Positions 40,855 to 56,770 of a DNA stretch of 64,000 nt are shown piece after piece. The stretch comes from Octopus vulgaris (Eukaryota), in contig OX597831.1 in the NCBI GenBank assembly GCA_951406725.2, positions 33,914,001-33,978,000 on the forward strand, read 5' to 3'. The notes beneath the pieces were generated by a model, which was given only the letters and a program-made list of their open reading frames with translations, had not been told where the DNA came from and searched no databases. Position numbers and translations under genes: made by a program. Every line of letters starts with the position of its first letter. Positions within the stretch are counted from its first letter, which is position 1.

Positions 40855-43285
40855 CAACTGAAGAGGTCACCCAGGCACTGCAAAGACTAAGCAACTGGAA
40901 GGCACCTGGACATGACAAGATCCCCAACTTCTGGTTGAAATATCTAACAGGAATGCACAAAAAGCTAGCTGAAAACTTTAACAACATACTAGCAGAGCCA
41001 GAGACAATGGCTCACGAAGGGGAAAACCATCTTAATTCCCAAATCAAATGAGACAGCAAACCAGAAAGCTACAGACCAAAAACCTGTCTCCCTACTATGT
41101 GCAAGGCATTTACTGCAGTGATATCGCAAAGGTTGAACAAGCACCTGGACAAGAACAACCTGTTTCCAGAAGAGCAGAAAGGATGCCGCAAAGGCTCATA
41201 TGGCTGTAAAGATCAACTAATGATTAATAAAGCCATAACTGAAGACAGCCACAGAAAGAAGAAAGGCCTCAGTACGGCCTGGATCGACTACAAAAAGGCG
41301 TTTGATAGCATCCCCCACACATGGATCCTCGAAACACTAGCCATCAACAAAGTAGCACCAACAATTATAAAATTCATAGGGCACTCTATGAATAAATGGC
41401 GAACAGTGCTACAGCTCCAAACAAAAGAGAGACTCATAAAAACCAAAGCCATCCCCATTAGAAGAGGAATATCCCAGGGAGAGACGCTCTCTCCACTCCT
41501 TTACTGCTTGGCACTGACACCTCTATCTGACATGCTAAATAGAACTGGATGCGGATATAAATATTACGGCAAAACAATCAGCCACCTTTTATATATGGAT
41601 GACCTAAAACTATACGCTACAAATGATAAACAGCTGGAAACACTACTACAGGCAGTACATGGATTTACCAAACAAATAGATATGAAATTTGGATTAGAAA
41701 AATCTGCCAAAGCAACCCTGAAAAGAGGAAAAATAGTTAAGAGTTGCAACATTACACCAATGAAATAAAAGAATTAGACCAAAGCCAGACTTACAAATAT
41801 TTAGGAATCCATGAACTAGATATGATATAACACACACAAATGAAAGAGAAAATAAAGAAAGAATAATATAGACGAGTTAGATCAATAATAAAAACAGACC
41901 TCAATGCTAAAAACAAGATAATAGGTATTAACACTTTAGCAGTCCCAGTTATAAGTTGCAGTTAAAATATCCTTAACTGGACACTAAATGAACTAACCAA
42001 AATAGACAGGAAAACAAGAAAAATAATGACAGGATCTTGGATGCACCACCCAAAATCTGACATAGAAAGACTATATATACAACGTATAGAAGGTGGTAGA
42101 GGCCTTATGCAGCTGGAAAACTACTATAAAATAACCACCATAGGACGGCAAAAATATTTACTTCAGAAGGAAGGAAAACTGATACAAATAGCGGCAAAAC
42201 ACGAGCAAAACAAAAAACTGTTCTCAGTATTTTAGGAAGCTGACAAATACAAACAATAAATCATACCACCTAATAAATATGAAGAAGAAGAAGAAGAAGA
42301 AGAAGAAGAAGAAGAAGAAGAAGAAGAAGAAGAAGAAGAAGAAGAAGAAGAAACAACAAAAGCTATAAAACAAAGGAAATCCAAACTAAAAATAGAACAG
42401 CAACGAACCATGATAAAACGATGGCAAGAAAAGCCCCTTCATGGTAAATACTGGACTAATCTAAACGCAAAAGAAATAGACAAAGAAAAATCCCAGCAAT
42501 GGTTGAGAAGCTCAGGACTCAAAGCAGAGACAGAGGGATTTTTAATTGCAGCACAAGACCAAAGCCTCTCCACCAGAAATTACCAAAAACATGTAATGAA
42601 AAGAAATATAACAAGTAGCTGCAGAATATGTGGAGATGGACAAGAAACAATAAATCATATTATCTCTGGCTGCCCAGTCCTGGCTAAGAAGGAATATATT
42701 CACAGACATGACAGAGTTGGAACCTACATACACTGGAAGCTATGCCAACATTATGGAATAACAACAAAAAAAAGATGGTATAGGCACACACCAGAAAAGG
42801 TCATAGAAAACGAGAAAGCAACCATACTCTGGGATATGCCGATACACACAGATAGAGAAATTAAGGCCAACAGACCAGATATAGTTGTCAGAGATCATGA
42901 AGAAAAAAATGCTTTCTGATTGATGTATCAATACCGGCAGATGACAACGTTTCTCTAAAAGAAATGGAGAAACTTTCGAAATACAAAGACCTGGAAATAG
43001 AGGTAACCAGAATGTGGAATCTAAAAACAGAAACAATTCCTATCATAGTTGGTGCATTAGGCATGATAAAAAAATATTCAGACAAATACATAACAAAAAC
43101 ACCAGGACTTACAAACACGTATAACATACAGAAAATTGCACTAGTAGGCACTGCCCACATCCTACGCAGAACACTTTCCATACAATAACCATCAGAGCAT
43201 CACAACAAATCACAGCACATACCTAAGGCACACATAGCTGCGCTCGGTAGTGAAGTGAAAGCACGCTATAAAAATAAAACTACTG
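40852..43285 (+). pseudogene. 5'-truncated, decayed R4/Dong-clade retrotransposon (family 2)
   Basis: ORF pieces 41097-41768 (EQKGC, WIDYKKAFDS, YMDD), 42026-42235, 42410-42919 (CRIC..HIISGC, RHD, RPDIV) and 42964-43188 (KYKDLEIE). Several stops and frameshifts, a (GAA)n expansion at 42281-42352, a different 3' UTR from family 1, and (TAA)n on both sides. Confidence 0.92.
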
Positions 43286-43297
43286 AATAATAATAAC

Positions 43298-43373
<76 letters not shown>

Positions 43374-43614
43374 TGTCAGAAAAGACACTCAGCAAGAAAT
43401 GGAAACAAAATTGAAAGAAGAGAAAATCATAAAGTTGAAGATTATAATAATAATGATGAGCGTTATTGTTTTTTTATGTTTTCTTTATTTTTATCGTCGC
43501 CGGTTGTCAGCTGGTTGCCGTCCATTAACGTTGGCATCTTTGGCTTTAGCTTCGTTTGTCATCACTTACATTATTTCACCGTCTATGTGTGTTTGACATT
43601 GGTCATTCTCATGA

Positions 43615-43845
43615 TAATTATCACCACCACCAAAACCATCACCACCACCACCACCACCACCACCACCACCACCATCATCATCATCCTCACCATCACCAAC
43701 ATCATCATTGTCCAAATCTTCATCGCAACCGCCATTGTCATCATCCTGGCCGCCGCCGCAATTGTCATCGTCATCATCATCATCATCCTCATCGTCGTCA
43801 TCATCATCATCATTATCATCTTCATCATCATCATCATCAACATCC
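43615..43845. repeat. (CAC)/(CAT)n trinucleotide repeat
   Basis: Direct reading. Confidence 0.9.
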
Positions 43846-44302
43846 CCCTACCATCACCACAACGCCTGAGGCATGCATTATCAGTACCTGCTTGGTTATT
43901 CTTTCCCTGGTAGTTATCCCCATCATGTCCCTCCTCCCCCTCCTCTTCCTCCACAATCTAACCAATACAGGTTCACAAGCGGTGGTGGAGGTTATACACA
44001 CACACACAAGCTTCTTTTCAGTTTCCCTGGTTTGGTCGTTTGGTCGGCCCGAGGTTTTAGTAGAACACACTAACCAAAGGTGCCACGCAGTGGGACTAAA
44101 CTCAGTGGCACGAACTGCATCTTCAAACGAGATAGTCATCATAGTAGCACATTTTGTTTAAATGTAGGGCAAATCGATCTGAGTCGATTTGAAGAAAAAG
44201 AAGAAAGAGGAGGAAGAGGAGGAGAAGAAGAAAAAGAAGAATAACAACAACAACAATAACGACGACGACAACAATATAGAAAACAACTTTAGCAACAGCG
44301 AC

Positions 44303-44490
44303 AGTGGAGACGCAATGTTCCAGTGGTTAGGGCAGCGGATTCGCGGTCGTAAGAACGCGGTTTCGATTCCCAGACCGGGCATTGAGAGTGTTTATTGAAC
44401 AAAGAAACACCTAAGCTTCACGAGACTCCGGCGGGAGTGGTGTTGGACCCCGTTGTACTCTTTCACTACAACTTTCTCTCACTCTTTCTT
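44303..44490 (+). mobile_element. SINE family C, 5' part
   Basis: gtggagacgcaatgttccagtggttagggcagcgg...ggtttcgattcccagaccggg. Confidence 0.8.
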
Positions 44491-45424
44491 TCTACTTCCG
44501 CCACAAAGCAGAGGAACCATGGTGTAATCCACTATGGTGTGGTGAACTTTCAGACCCTAGTCTAGATTGCGAATCCTCTGTACTCCAGGATGGTTCAGCT
44601 CTCCACCCGTTAAAATCCACCGTTTACAGAATGAGGATAACAACGTAGGTTTCGCGCCCGTGCAACCGCCAGTCTATCGCGTGTGGTGGGTGGATTTTCA
44701 AGTTGCCACACGCATTCTTAGTAGCTTAGAGTAGGCTCGAATTAGAGATTATTCTTTGTGGTTAATGGCGTGAATCCTGATTGGAAGAAGTATAAGGAGG
44801 AGAAGAAGAAGAAGAAGAAGAAGAAGAAGAAGAAGAAGAAGAAGAAGAAGAAGAAGAAGAAGAAGAAAAAGAAGACATCAGCGACAACAGTAAAGGCAAC
44901 TACGACTCAAGTACGCCCTTATGTTAAGGAGGTGTCGGATAGAGAAGTATCAGCTTTCTACAAATGGCAAGATTGAAACAGCCGTCTTTTATCTTGTATT
45001 TGTCTTAGTCTTTGGATTGCGGCCATGCTGGTGCGTTGCGTTGAAGTGTTTAGTAAATAAAAAAAAAATGGCCCCAGTTCTTATTTTCAAAAGCGATGCT
45101 AGAGGACAAACACTGGCTCAAAGATATTGTATATCCACGACTAAATTAGCAATGGTCCTTTATAATTTACTAAAATAGATTTTAATATGAGATATGGCTG
45201 CTATTTCCAGCATAGCAAGCATTCACGTTGTCATGTTTATTTTGGTTTGTTCGCGTGTTAAGAAGGAGGAGGGATTTCAACCGTGTTTCGTGGTCTGCTA
45301 CCACAACAGCTCCTTTATTGGATCCAGTTAGCTCAAGACATCATCAGGAGGAACTACGTCTGGTTTCGGCCCCTACTCCTCAAAAGATTTGTAAGATCTA
45401 CGTTGCACCGATGATTACAGAGAT

Positions 45425-46115
<691 letters not shown>

Positions 46116-46978
46116 TTATAAAAAGGAGCATTCTTGCTATTAAATGATAATTTATTATTATTTAATAATAATATTTTAATATAGCTTTGACCACGCCTTG
46201 TTTCTTGTCTTTCCCTTTTTTTCATTTTGAGACATGCTATATATAGGCCTATTTTATCCAATGGATCCTGGATGTTACTACAGGAAGTTTAGATATGACA
46301 GCTATGTGTCTGCTATTTTCAGCAGACCAATCAACCACGAAAGTAAATTCACATTGGTTCATTCGTGTGCCTAAAAGAAATACAAATATGTAAGTTCTAC
46401 CAGAGCCATATTGTAAAATTTCTTCGGTAACCGCACTCCCCCCCCCATCCACTTTTATTTTCCCATTCTTTAATAACTGTTACGGTATATTATATCGGAT
46501 ATTAAGAACGGAAAAGCTAGGAGACATTCAACCACCGCGTGAAACGTACCGCCATTTTCTTTTTAATATCCAGACATGTTTATTACATTGTACTTAATAT
46601 AATTAAATAACTCGGTATTACGTGTTATAATTTATCATTTAATACTATTTGAATTAACTATACAGCGAAAATAAATTGAATTGAATATTGGTAATCCATT
46701 AAGCTGAGTACTACAGTAACAGCATCAACAACAGCAATAACAGTGATAAGCACTAAGTACTATGATAACAATGTCGAGAGGAATAGCAACATGAAATTAC
46801 TGCATTATTATGTAAAGTCAGCGAAGATGTCTTTAAGCCGTCGTCTGACATGCTTGACGTCGTAGCCAAACCTCTTTTAGATAACGCACTGCTGCTTTCA
46901 GTGTAGCAGGATACGGTTGGAAGGTCTTTGATGTTAAATTTGATCGATTAGTGCTAACGTGATGCCAAACTAACAGGA

Positions 46979-47032
<54 letters not shown>

Positions 47033-47436
47033 AAAAAACAACTTCGACAGTAATTGGATAGTGTCGTTATGTTAAGGCGCATGCATGGCTGCGTGGTTTA
47101 AGAAGCATGCTTTGCAACCACATGGTTCCGGGTTCAGTTTCACGTCACATTATCTTGTGAACGAATTTGATAAAGGAAACGGTGTGGAAGCCCGTTTGTA
47201 TGAGTACATATGTAACAAAAATACATATATTTATATATATAAATATATTTATATATATTTACGATGTCATTATATCTATATGCATAGATACATACATACA
47301 TGCATACATACATACATACATACATACATACATACATACATGCATACATACATACATACATACATACATTCACACATACATACATACATACATACATACA
47401 TACATACATACATACATACATACATACATACACACA

Positions 47437-47640
47437 GGGCGGCGAGCTGGTAGAACCGTGAGCACGCCGGGCGGAATGCTTAGCGGTGTTTCGTTTGCCG
47501 TTGCATTCTGAGTTCAAGTTCCGCCGAGGTCGACTTTGCCTTTCATCCTTTCGTGGTTGATTAAGTAAGTACCAGTTACGCACCGGGGTCGATGCAATCG
47601 ACTTAATCCCTTTGTCTGTTCTTGTTTGTCCTCTCTGTGT
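47437..47640 (+). mobile_element. SINE family A monomer
   Basis: ggcggcgagctggtagaa... family consensus. Confidence 0.85.
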
Positions 47641-47974
47641 ACTAGGTATATAACAGGCTAACCCTTTCCCCACCCCGCAGTTGCTGGCCTTCTGCCGAAA
47701 TTCGGAACCAAGGCCAAGATTGCGACCTAATCTCGCGGAAATCAGATTTGTCTTTCCTGTTTAGAGTATCGATAAATAAAGTTCCAGGTCTAGGAATAAA
47801 TTCTTCTTCTTCTTCTTCTTCTCTTTTTCCCCTGCTATGCCATTCCCTCCATCGTCGTAGGCGTCGTCATCGTGCTGCAACTTCCTCTTTCTCCTCCTCC
47901 TCCTCTTTCTCTTCCTTCCCCTCCCCTTTTCCTCCTACTCTAGGGTGGTGGATTGGGAGAATCATTATTTGAAT

Positions 47975-48240
47975 CACCACTGCCCCCACCACCGCCAACG
48001 CCGCCATCACCACAACCACCACCGCCGCCTACACCACCACCACCACCACCACCACCACCATCATCACTACCACCGCCATTGCCATCGCTATCACTACTGC
48101 CGCCACTACCACTACCACCACTACCACCACCATGGCCACCACCACTACCACTACCGTCGCCATTGCTATAGACACCACCACCGTCATCACCGTCATCACC
48201 ACCATTACCACCACCGCCACCGCCGCCACCATCACCATAA
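47975..48240. repeat. Degenerate (CCA/CCG/CTA)n trinucleotide repeat
   Basis: Direct reading. Confidence 0.9.
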
Positions 48241-48547
48241 CTGCAATACCGTTGTTCAATGGCAAAAAAGCAATAACTATGGAAAGGCAACACAATGTTC
48301 TGTCATTTTGTAATCAGAACTATAACAAAGAATAAAGAATACAGCCAGGAGTTGGATGGATGGATGGATGGATGGATGGATGGTGGTGTTTCTGTCACTG
48401 GTGGCTGTGGTGTTGGTGATGTACTTATGCAAAAATGTACCCCTGAAGGCCAAAGACGAACAATCATGTTGGCAATAATGCATGTATCGTGATGACGGCA
48501 GCGGTAGAATGATGTTGCACGTGAGTGTTAGTGACTGTTTCCAATAT

Positions 48548-48639
48548 GATGGCGGATGGTGATGTTGATGATGATGATGAGGAGGATGATGGTGACGAGA
48601 CGGAAGAGGAAGTGGAGAAGAGGAGGGAGAAGAGGATGT

Positions 48640-48680
<41 letters not shown>

Positions 48681-48734
48681 GTGATGACGATGATGAGGAT
48701 GATGGTGACGAAACGGAAGTGAAAGTGGATGATA

Positions 48735-48766
<32 letters not shown>

Positions 48767-49190
48767 GATGTGGTGATGATGACGATGATGAAGATGATGG
48801 TTACGAGTCTGAAGGGGAAGTGAAGAAGGATGAAGAAGAACATGGTAGTGTTGATGATGTTGATGATGATGATAATGATGAGGATGATGATGATGAGGAT
48901 GATAATGATGATGATGATGAAGGTAATACTGGATTCAATTTTGAATTGAAGACCAGCAAGTTCGGGAGAAGTGGTTAAATCGATGACATCGACCCGCAGT
49001 GTGTGACTGGCACTTATTTTATCGATCTCGAAGTCGAAAAGACTGAAGGCAAAGTTGACCTCGGTGGAATTTGGACTCAGAACGTGAAGCTGAACGAAAT
49101 GCCGCCAAGCATTCCGTGAGGGTGAAGATGATATTGAGAAGAAGAAAGGTGACTGACAACGAGGTCAACGATGCCGAGGACTTAGATGAC

Positions 49191-49222
<32 letters not shown>

Positions 49223-49269
49223 CGATGATGATGGTGATGATGATGACGATGATGATGGTGATGATGATG

Positions 49270-49301
<32 letters not shown>

Positions 49302-49520
49302 GATGATGATGATGATAACAAAGAACGCGACAACAGCGACGATAACTGAAGTACTGACGCTGGAAATTTTGTGAAGATGTGATTTTGATTGATGGTTATG
49401 ATAATGATGATGATGACGATGATGATGCTGATGCTAATGGCGATGATGACTAGGAGGAGGAAGGGGGAGAAGAGAAGGAAAAAAGGATAATGTTGATGAT
49501 TATGATGATGACAATGACCA
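48548..49520. repeat. (GAT)n-rich trinucleotide field
   Basis: Direct reading. Confidence 0.9.
48940..49115 (-). mobile_element. SINE family A, diverged, inside a (GAT)n field
   Basis: gaaggcaaagttgacctcggtggaatttggactcagaacgt. Confidence 0.7.
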
Positions 49521-49837
49521 CGGTAGCAGGGATAATTGGGAAAAGAAAGAAAGGAAAAACAACAGAAATCGATAGAAGTATCTTTTGATCGATACCTATC
49601 TCAAAAATATCCTGATCAGCCTTGTTAACGTCAAAGTCTGTCTTCGATTCTTTAACTTTCTCTCACTGTCCCCCACTCCCCTCCCTGTTTCACACCAATT
49701 TTACTTTCTTACATTTGCTCCACGTCTCCCCTCCATGTTTGTCTATTGTGTTTGCTTTTATAGAGTTAACACTATAGTGTTAACAAGCTCCAACACATGC
49801 GCAGTGGTCTCTCTCTCTCTTTTGTTCTCCGTCTCTT

Positions 49838-49972
<135 letters not shown>

Positions 49973-50042
49973 CCTAATCCATCCATTTCTCTCTCTCTCT
50001 CTTTCTCTCTCTATCTATCTCTCTATCTATCTGTCTGTCTAT

Positions 50043-50128
<86 letters not shown>

Positions 50129-50221
50129 CCCAATCCATCCATTTATCTCTCTCTCTCACTCTCTCCGTGTCTATCTATCTGTCTATCTATCTATGTATCT
50201 ATACATCTGTATGTGTGAGTA

Positions 50222-50427
<206 letters not shown>

Positions 50428-50952
50428 TTAACGAGCTTATATATATTCCTACAAAGCGCTCCTCAAAGATTCGTATCAATGAGATGTGTGCAATTTTGTG
50501 CATGAATATGTATATATGTGGATATAAAATTAAAGTGACGCCATGCAATGAGTGAACGTCGCGTGTATTAGCTAAGGGTGCGAGCGCTGCGGTGTGCATA
50601 CACACACGTACCACATCACACATACATAGAATCTCACACATTTTAATGCATCTAGCTCCATTATATATATGTGTGTATGCGTGTGTGTATAAATGTGTAT
50701 GTGCGTATATGTAAATGTATATATATGTATATACATGTATATATATATAATATATAATTATGTATGCATAATGTGGGGATAAGCAAATTAGACGGATCAA
50801 TATATGAATATATGAAATGCATGAAATACAAAATATGTATGTATGTACACATAGAAAAGGCTCCAACTTACACACAATACAAATGATATGGAGAATTAAA
50901 GGGGTGGAAGAAGGTTATTACAAATCCAACTTCATATATATACAAACATACA

Positions 50953-51039
<87 letters not shown>

Positions 51040-51041
<2 letters not shown>

Positions 51042-51062
51042 GTGTGGCTAATAAAGAAACAT
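51040..51062 (+). mobile_element. 23-bp extreme 3' tip of the Tx1-like LINE
   Basis: ctgtgtggctaataaagaaacat is identical to the 3' end of the 11.5-kb copy and follows (TCTA)n directly. Confidence 0.7.
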
Positions 51063-51191
51063 TTATATATATACAAACATACATACATATATATATATAT
51101 ACATTTATATATATATACAAACATAAATTTATATATATACAAACACACATTTATATATATACAAACATACATATCAATCTATCTATCTATC

Positions 51192-51264
<73 letters not shown>

Positions 51265-51276
51265 GCCTGTCTCTTT

Positions 51277-51331
<55 letters not shown>

Positions 51332-51555
51332 AGTCTGTCTGTTTATCTATCTGTCTATCTATCTTTCTGTCTATGAATCTGTCTGTCTATCTATCTATAT
51401 CTATCATTCTATCTATCTATCTATCTATCTATATCTATATATACACAAATACAAATTCATACATGTTTGTACAAGTAACCTCAAATACATATGTAACTAT
51501 ATATCCGTATGTATATGTCTATGTATACATACATTTATGCATATGTATTTGTATG

Positions 51556-51609
<54 letters not shown>

Positions 51610-51771
51610 AATCTGTGTGTGAATGTGTATATATAGCTACGTGTATATATATATATTTCCATCTATCTATACGTGTCTAAGTATTTTCATGTGTATGCAA
51701 GTCTAAATGATTTGTGGTATACCAAAGTAGATTATTATATTAAATTATATTATGCTCAGGCAGCATTTCTC

Positions 51772-51849
<78 letters not shown>

Positions 51850-51914
51850 CATATATATATTTGTGTGTGTGTGTATGTGTGTATATTTAACACTAAATTT
51901 CCAGCGTGTCTGAT

Positions 51915-52110
51915 CTCTGATGTAACTCACATCACATCATGAACCTGTAATTGTGAATAGCTATGCTGTGAATGTCGCCTGGTTGCACCCTTTGAACTTC
52001 TATCAGATCATTCCCGTTCTCTAATTTCCTTCGACCAATCATCTTGTACAAGTTATGTAGCTTCAGGCTAGAGGGATTATTCAACAAGCTCTTGGACAGA
52101 GTCACGTGCT
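51915..52110 (-). mobile_element. Possible decayed CR1-like C-terminal fragment
   Basis: LKLHNL..RR..DLIEV loosely resembles the LKxLxL..RRxRGDLIEV motif of CR1 ORF2. Confidence 0.3.
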
Positions 52111-52421
52111 TATAAACCAATAATAGCGTACGTACGTACGTACGTACGCATGTATATATTTATGTATATATTTATGCATGTATGTATGTACGTTTGTGTA
52201 TGTGTGTGTGTGTGCATATATGTATGATGTATATATGTGTGTGTATGTATGTATATATATATATATGTGTGTGTGTATATATATGTATACAAACTTATAT
52301 GCATATATACGTGTGGTGTATCATACATACTCACATGTATATATATATATATGCATATATATGTACACAGACATGCACATACACACATACACACATCTAT
52401 CTATCTATCTATCTATCTATC

Positions 52422-52473
<52 letters not shown>

Positions 52474-52578
52474 CCTGTTAGTAAGTCTTGAAGAAGTCTT
52501 TTAGACCAAGATCTTGTGTAAATAACATTGGAAGAATATTACAGAGTGTGTATTAATGCCTTCAGAGAGAGAACACTT

Positions 52579-52622
<44 letters not shown>

Positions 52623-52782
52623 GTGACGTATATTTGCCATTTGAATATGGCTAACCCCTAAGGGTGGATGCTACTGTAGTTTGTAGCCCCAGGAGGACAC
52701 CTCCTCCAGATGGCTATAGACACACTTCTGTGCCCTATCAGTATTTGCAAAGGGAACCCATCCTTCCCGTCTTCAACTCATG

Positions 52783-54340
<1,558 letters not shown>

Positions 54341-54341
54341 T

Positions 54342-55161
54342 ATTTGGTGCATGAGAGAGTTGATGCAGCTGCCTCATCTGCCCCTTGCCGTAGTTGGTTC
54401 ATCTGGGACACCAGACAGGAAGAGATCAGCTTTTAAAGACATCTGTATCCACCCATGCATAGGTTCTTCGGGAGGATATTGAAGAGCTGTGGGCCTCAGC
54501 AGGCTATCACAGAATCTTGTCCTACATCTTGATGGCAGGTTTGATCCTAGGCACACGCATATATATATCGATGCCAAATATCAGGACAGATGTATATTAT
54601 GGCATATATATATATATACAGTATTACATGCATATACTTCTTTGTGTATATGCCTCAAGTTCTGTGATATGACACTGGATGGTGACCATATACAATAGTC
54701 AGTGGCTTAGGACAAGTGTCTTCCAAGACCATCATGGTTTCTTGTTCTCTTGTTCAAAGGTTCTAAGAATCCAGCCAGCCATATCACAGTTTAGCAACAT
54801 ACATATATACATGTGAATACCAGGTCACACTGATTTGCCTCTGGATTGCAATTCCGGGTCCAGTGTATTCGTTGGGTATTGCATTCGTTTTGCATATATA
54901 TAGCTTGAAATCAGCATTGAATATATCACCCATATATCCATATATACATATTGCCTGTACATATACATATATATATATATACAGTGCCCTGTGGCACCAT
55001 CATTATTCGTGTTAATGGAAGTGCCCCATACTACCTGACTTTCTTCAGAAAGCGTGAAGCCATTCTCCTAGTTTCAACTATGCCAAGATCACGCAACCTG
55101 TGACATATCATTCCGTGATCGACTTTATATGCGAAGTCGAGATATATGACTTCCACATTTG
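54342..55161 (-). pseudogene. Fragmented CR1-group LINE (RT and C-terminus)
   Basis: Colinear minus-strand pieces: [53 protein letters not shown], separated by TA-rich spacers. Confidence 0.75.
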
Positions 55162-55175
55162 ATATATATATATAC

Positions 55176-55262
<87 letters not shown>

Positions 55263-55265
55263 CAC

Positions 55266-55373
<108 letters not shown>

Positions 55374-55388
55374 CATATATATATATAC

Positions 55389-55419
<31 letters not shown>

Positions 55420-55864
55420 CATACATACATATATACATACATACATATATATATATACATACATACATACATATATACATACATACATATATATATATAT
55501 GTATGTATATATATATATATATATATATAATGTATATTATACATTTACATATATATACGGCTCGATAAAATAAGTACCAGTTGAAGACTGAGATACATAT
55601 GATTGCCTGTCCCCTTCCTACAAAATTTCAAGTCCTACTGGAGCTTTATAACTATTATTATTGTAACGACAAAATAAACACTAACACGCCTGGATAGAAG
55701 TATGGTTCAGTTTTGGAATACTTGGAACGTAGCGCCATAAGCCGCCCGTTTCAGAAGAGAACGAATTCAGAAATTGTGCGAAAACTTGAAAGGGGTAGCG
55801 TCACAAAAGATACAAGCAAGGATCCTTTACACATATTTTTGTGGGAATCCTAACACCGAGCCAA

Positions 55865-56051
55865 AATTGCGGCCATGCTGGAGCAGACCGTCTTAACTGA
55901 TTCAGCCAAATAAATCGACCCCAGTACTTATATTTTTTGTTTTGTATTTTCCAGTCTCGTATTTATTTTATACACGTTTTTGACGAACTGCTAAGTTACG
56001 GAGACGAAAACTGGCAAACGCCTGTTATCAAGCGGTGTTGGGGAACTAACA

Positions 56052-56060
<9 letters not shown>
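55865..56060 (-). mobile_element. SINE family B, 3' half
   Basis: gcggccatgctggagc, atcgaccccagtactta, gctaagttacgg, tcaagcggtg. Confidence 0.7.
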
Positions 56061-56120
<60 letters not shown>

Positions 56121-56123
56121 GTA

Positions 56124-56160
<37 letters not shown>

Positions 56161-56339
56161 ATATATGCATGTATGAATGTATGTATCTATACGTGTGTCC
56201 GTGCTTTTTGTGTTTGCCCAGGTTAATAAAATAAAGCATCAGTGAAATACTGAGGTGAATGACATCAACTAATCACCTCCCCTCAAAATTGGTGGTTTTC
56301 TGCTCAAATCAGAAAGCAATATTGCCAATACAGTAATGC

Positions 56340-56770
56340 CGATGTCATAGCAGAATCGCTTGAGTATCGAGAAAAATGTCCTATCGTTCTGAGCTACGGT
56401 GCTTTACATTCTGAGTTCAAAAGTTGCGGAGGCCGAAGGCGTATTTCGTTATTTCGGGGCCGAAAAAACAAAATACCAGTCAAATACCGATTGTGTCCTC
56501 CCTTAAATTACTGAACTTTTGCTTCTCTTACAAATCAATATTATCATTACCTTTTTTTCCTAAGGCGTCGAGCAGGTAGAATCATTAGCACGCTAGAGGA
56601 AATGCGTCGCAGTATTTCGCCCGTCGTTCCGTTCTGAGTTCAAATTCCGTCGAGGTCGATTTTGCATTTCATCCTTTCGGAGTCGATAAATTAAATACGA
56701 GTTGAAGACTGGGGTCAATGTAATCGACTAGTCTCCTCCCCAGATTTGCTACCCATGTGGGAAAATTTAA
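56340..56770 (+). mobile_element. Two diverged SINE family A copies
   Basis: ttctgagttcaaa cores at ~56410 and ~56633. Confidence 0.7.

Noticed and set aside
43371-44161. His-rich and hydrophobic ORFs
   Set aside because: (CAC)/(CAT)n repeat plus a SINE fragment.
47940-48335. Poly-Pro / poly-His / poly-Gly ORFs resembling formin or extensin
   Set aside because: Degenerate trinucleotide repeat open in several frames on both strands, with no unique coding flanks.
49019-49374. Poly-Asp / poly-Ser acidic ORF
   Set aside because: (GAT)n repeat; its N-terminus is a SINE family A fragment.
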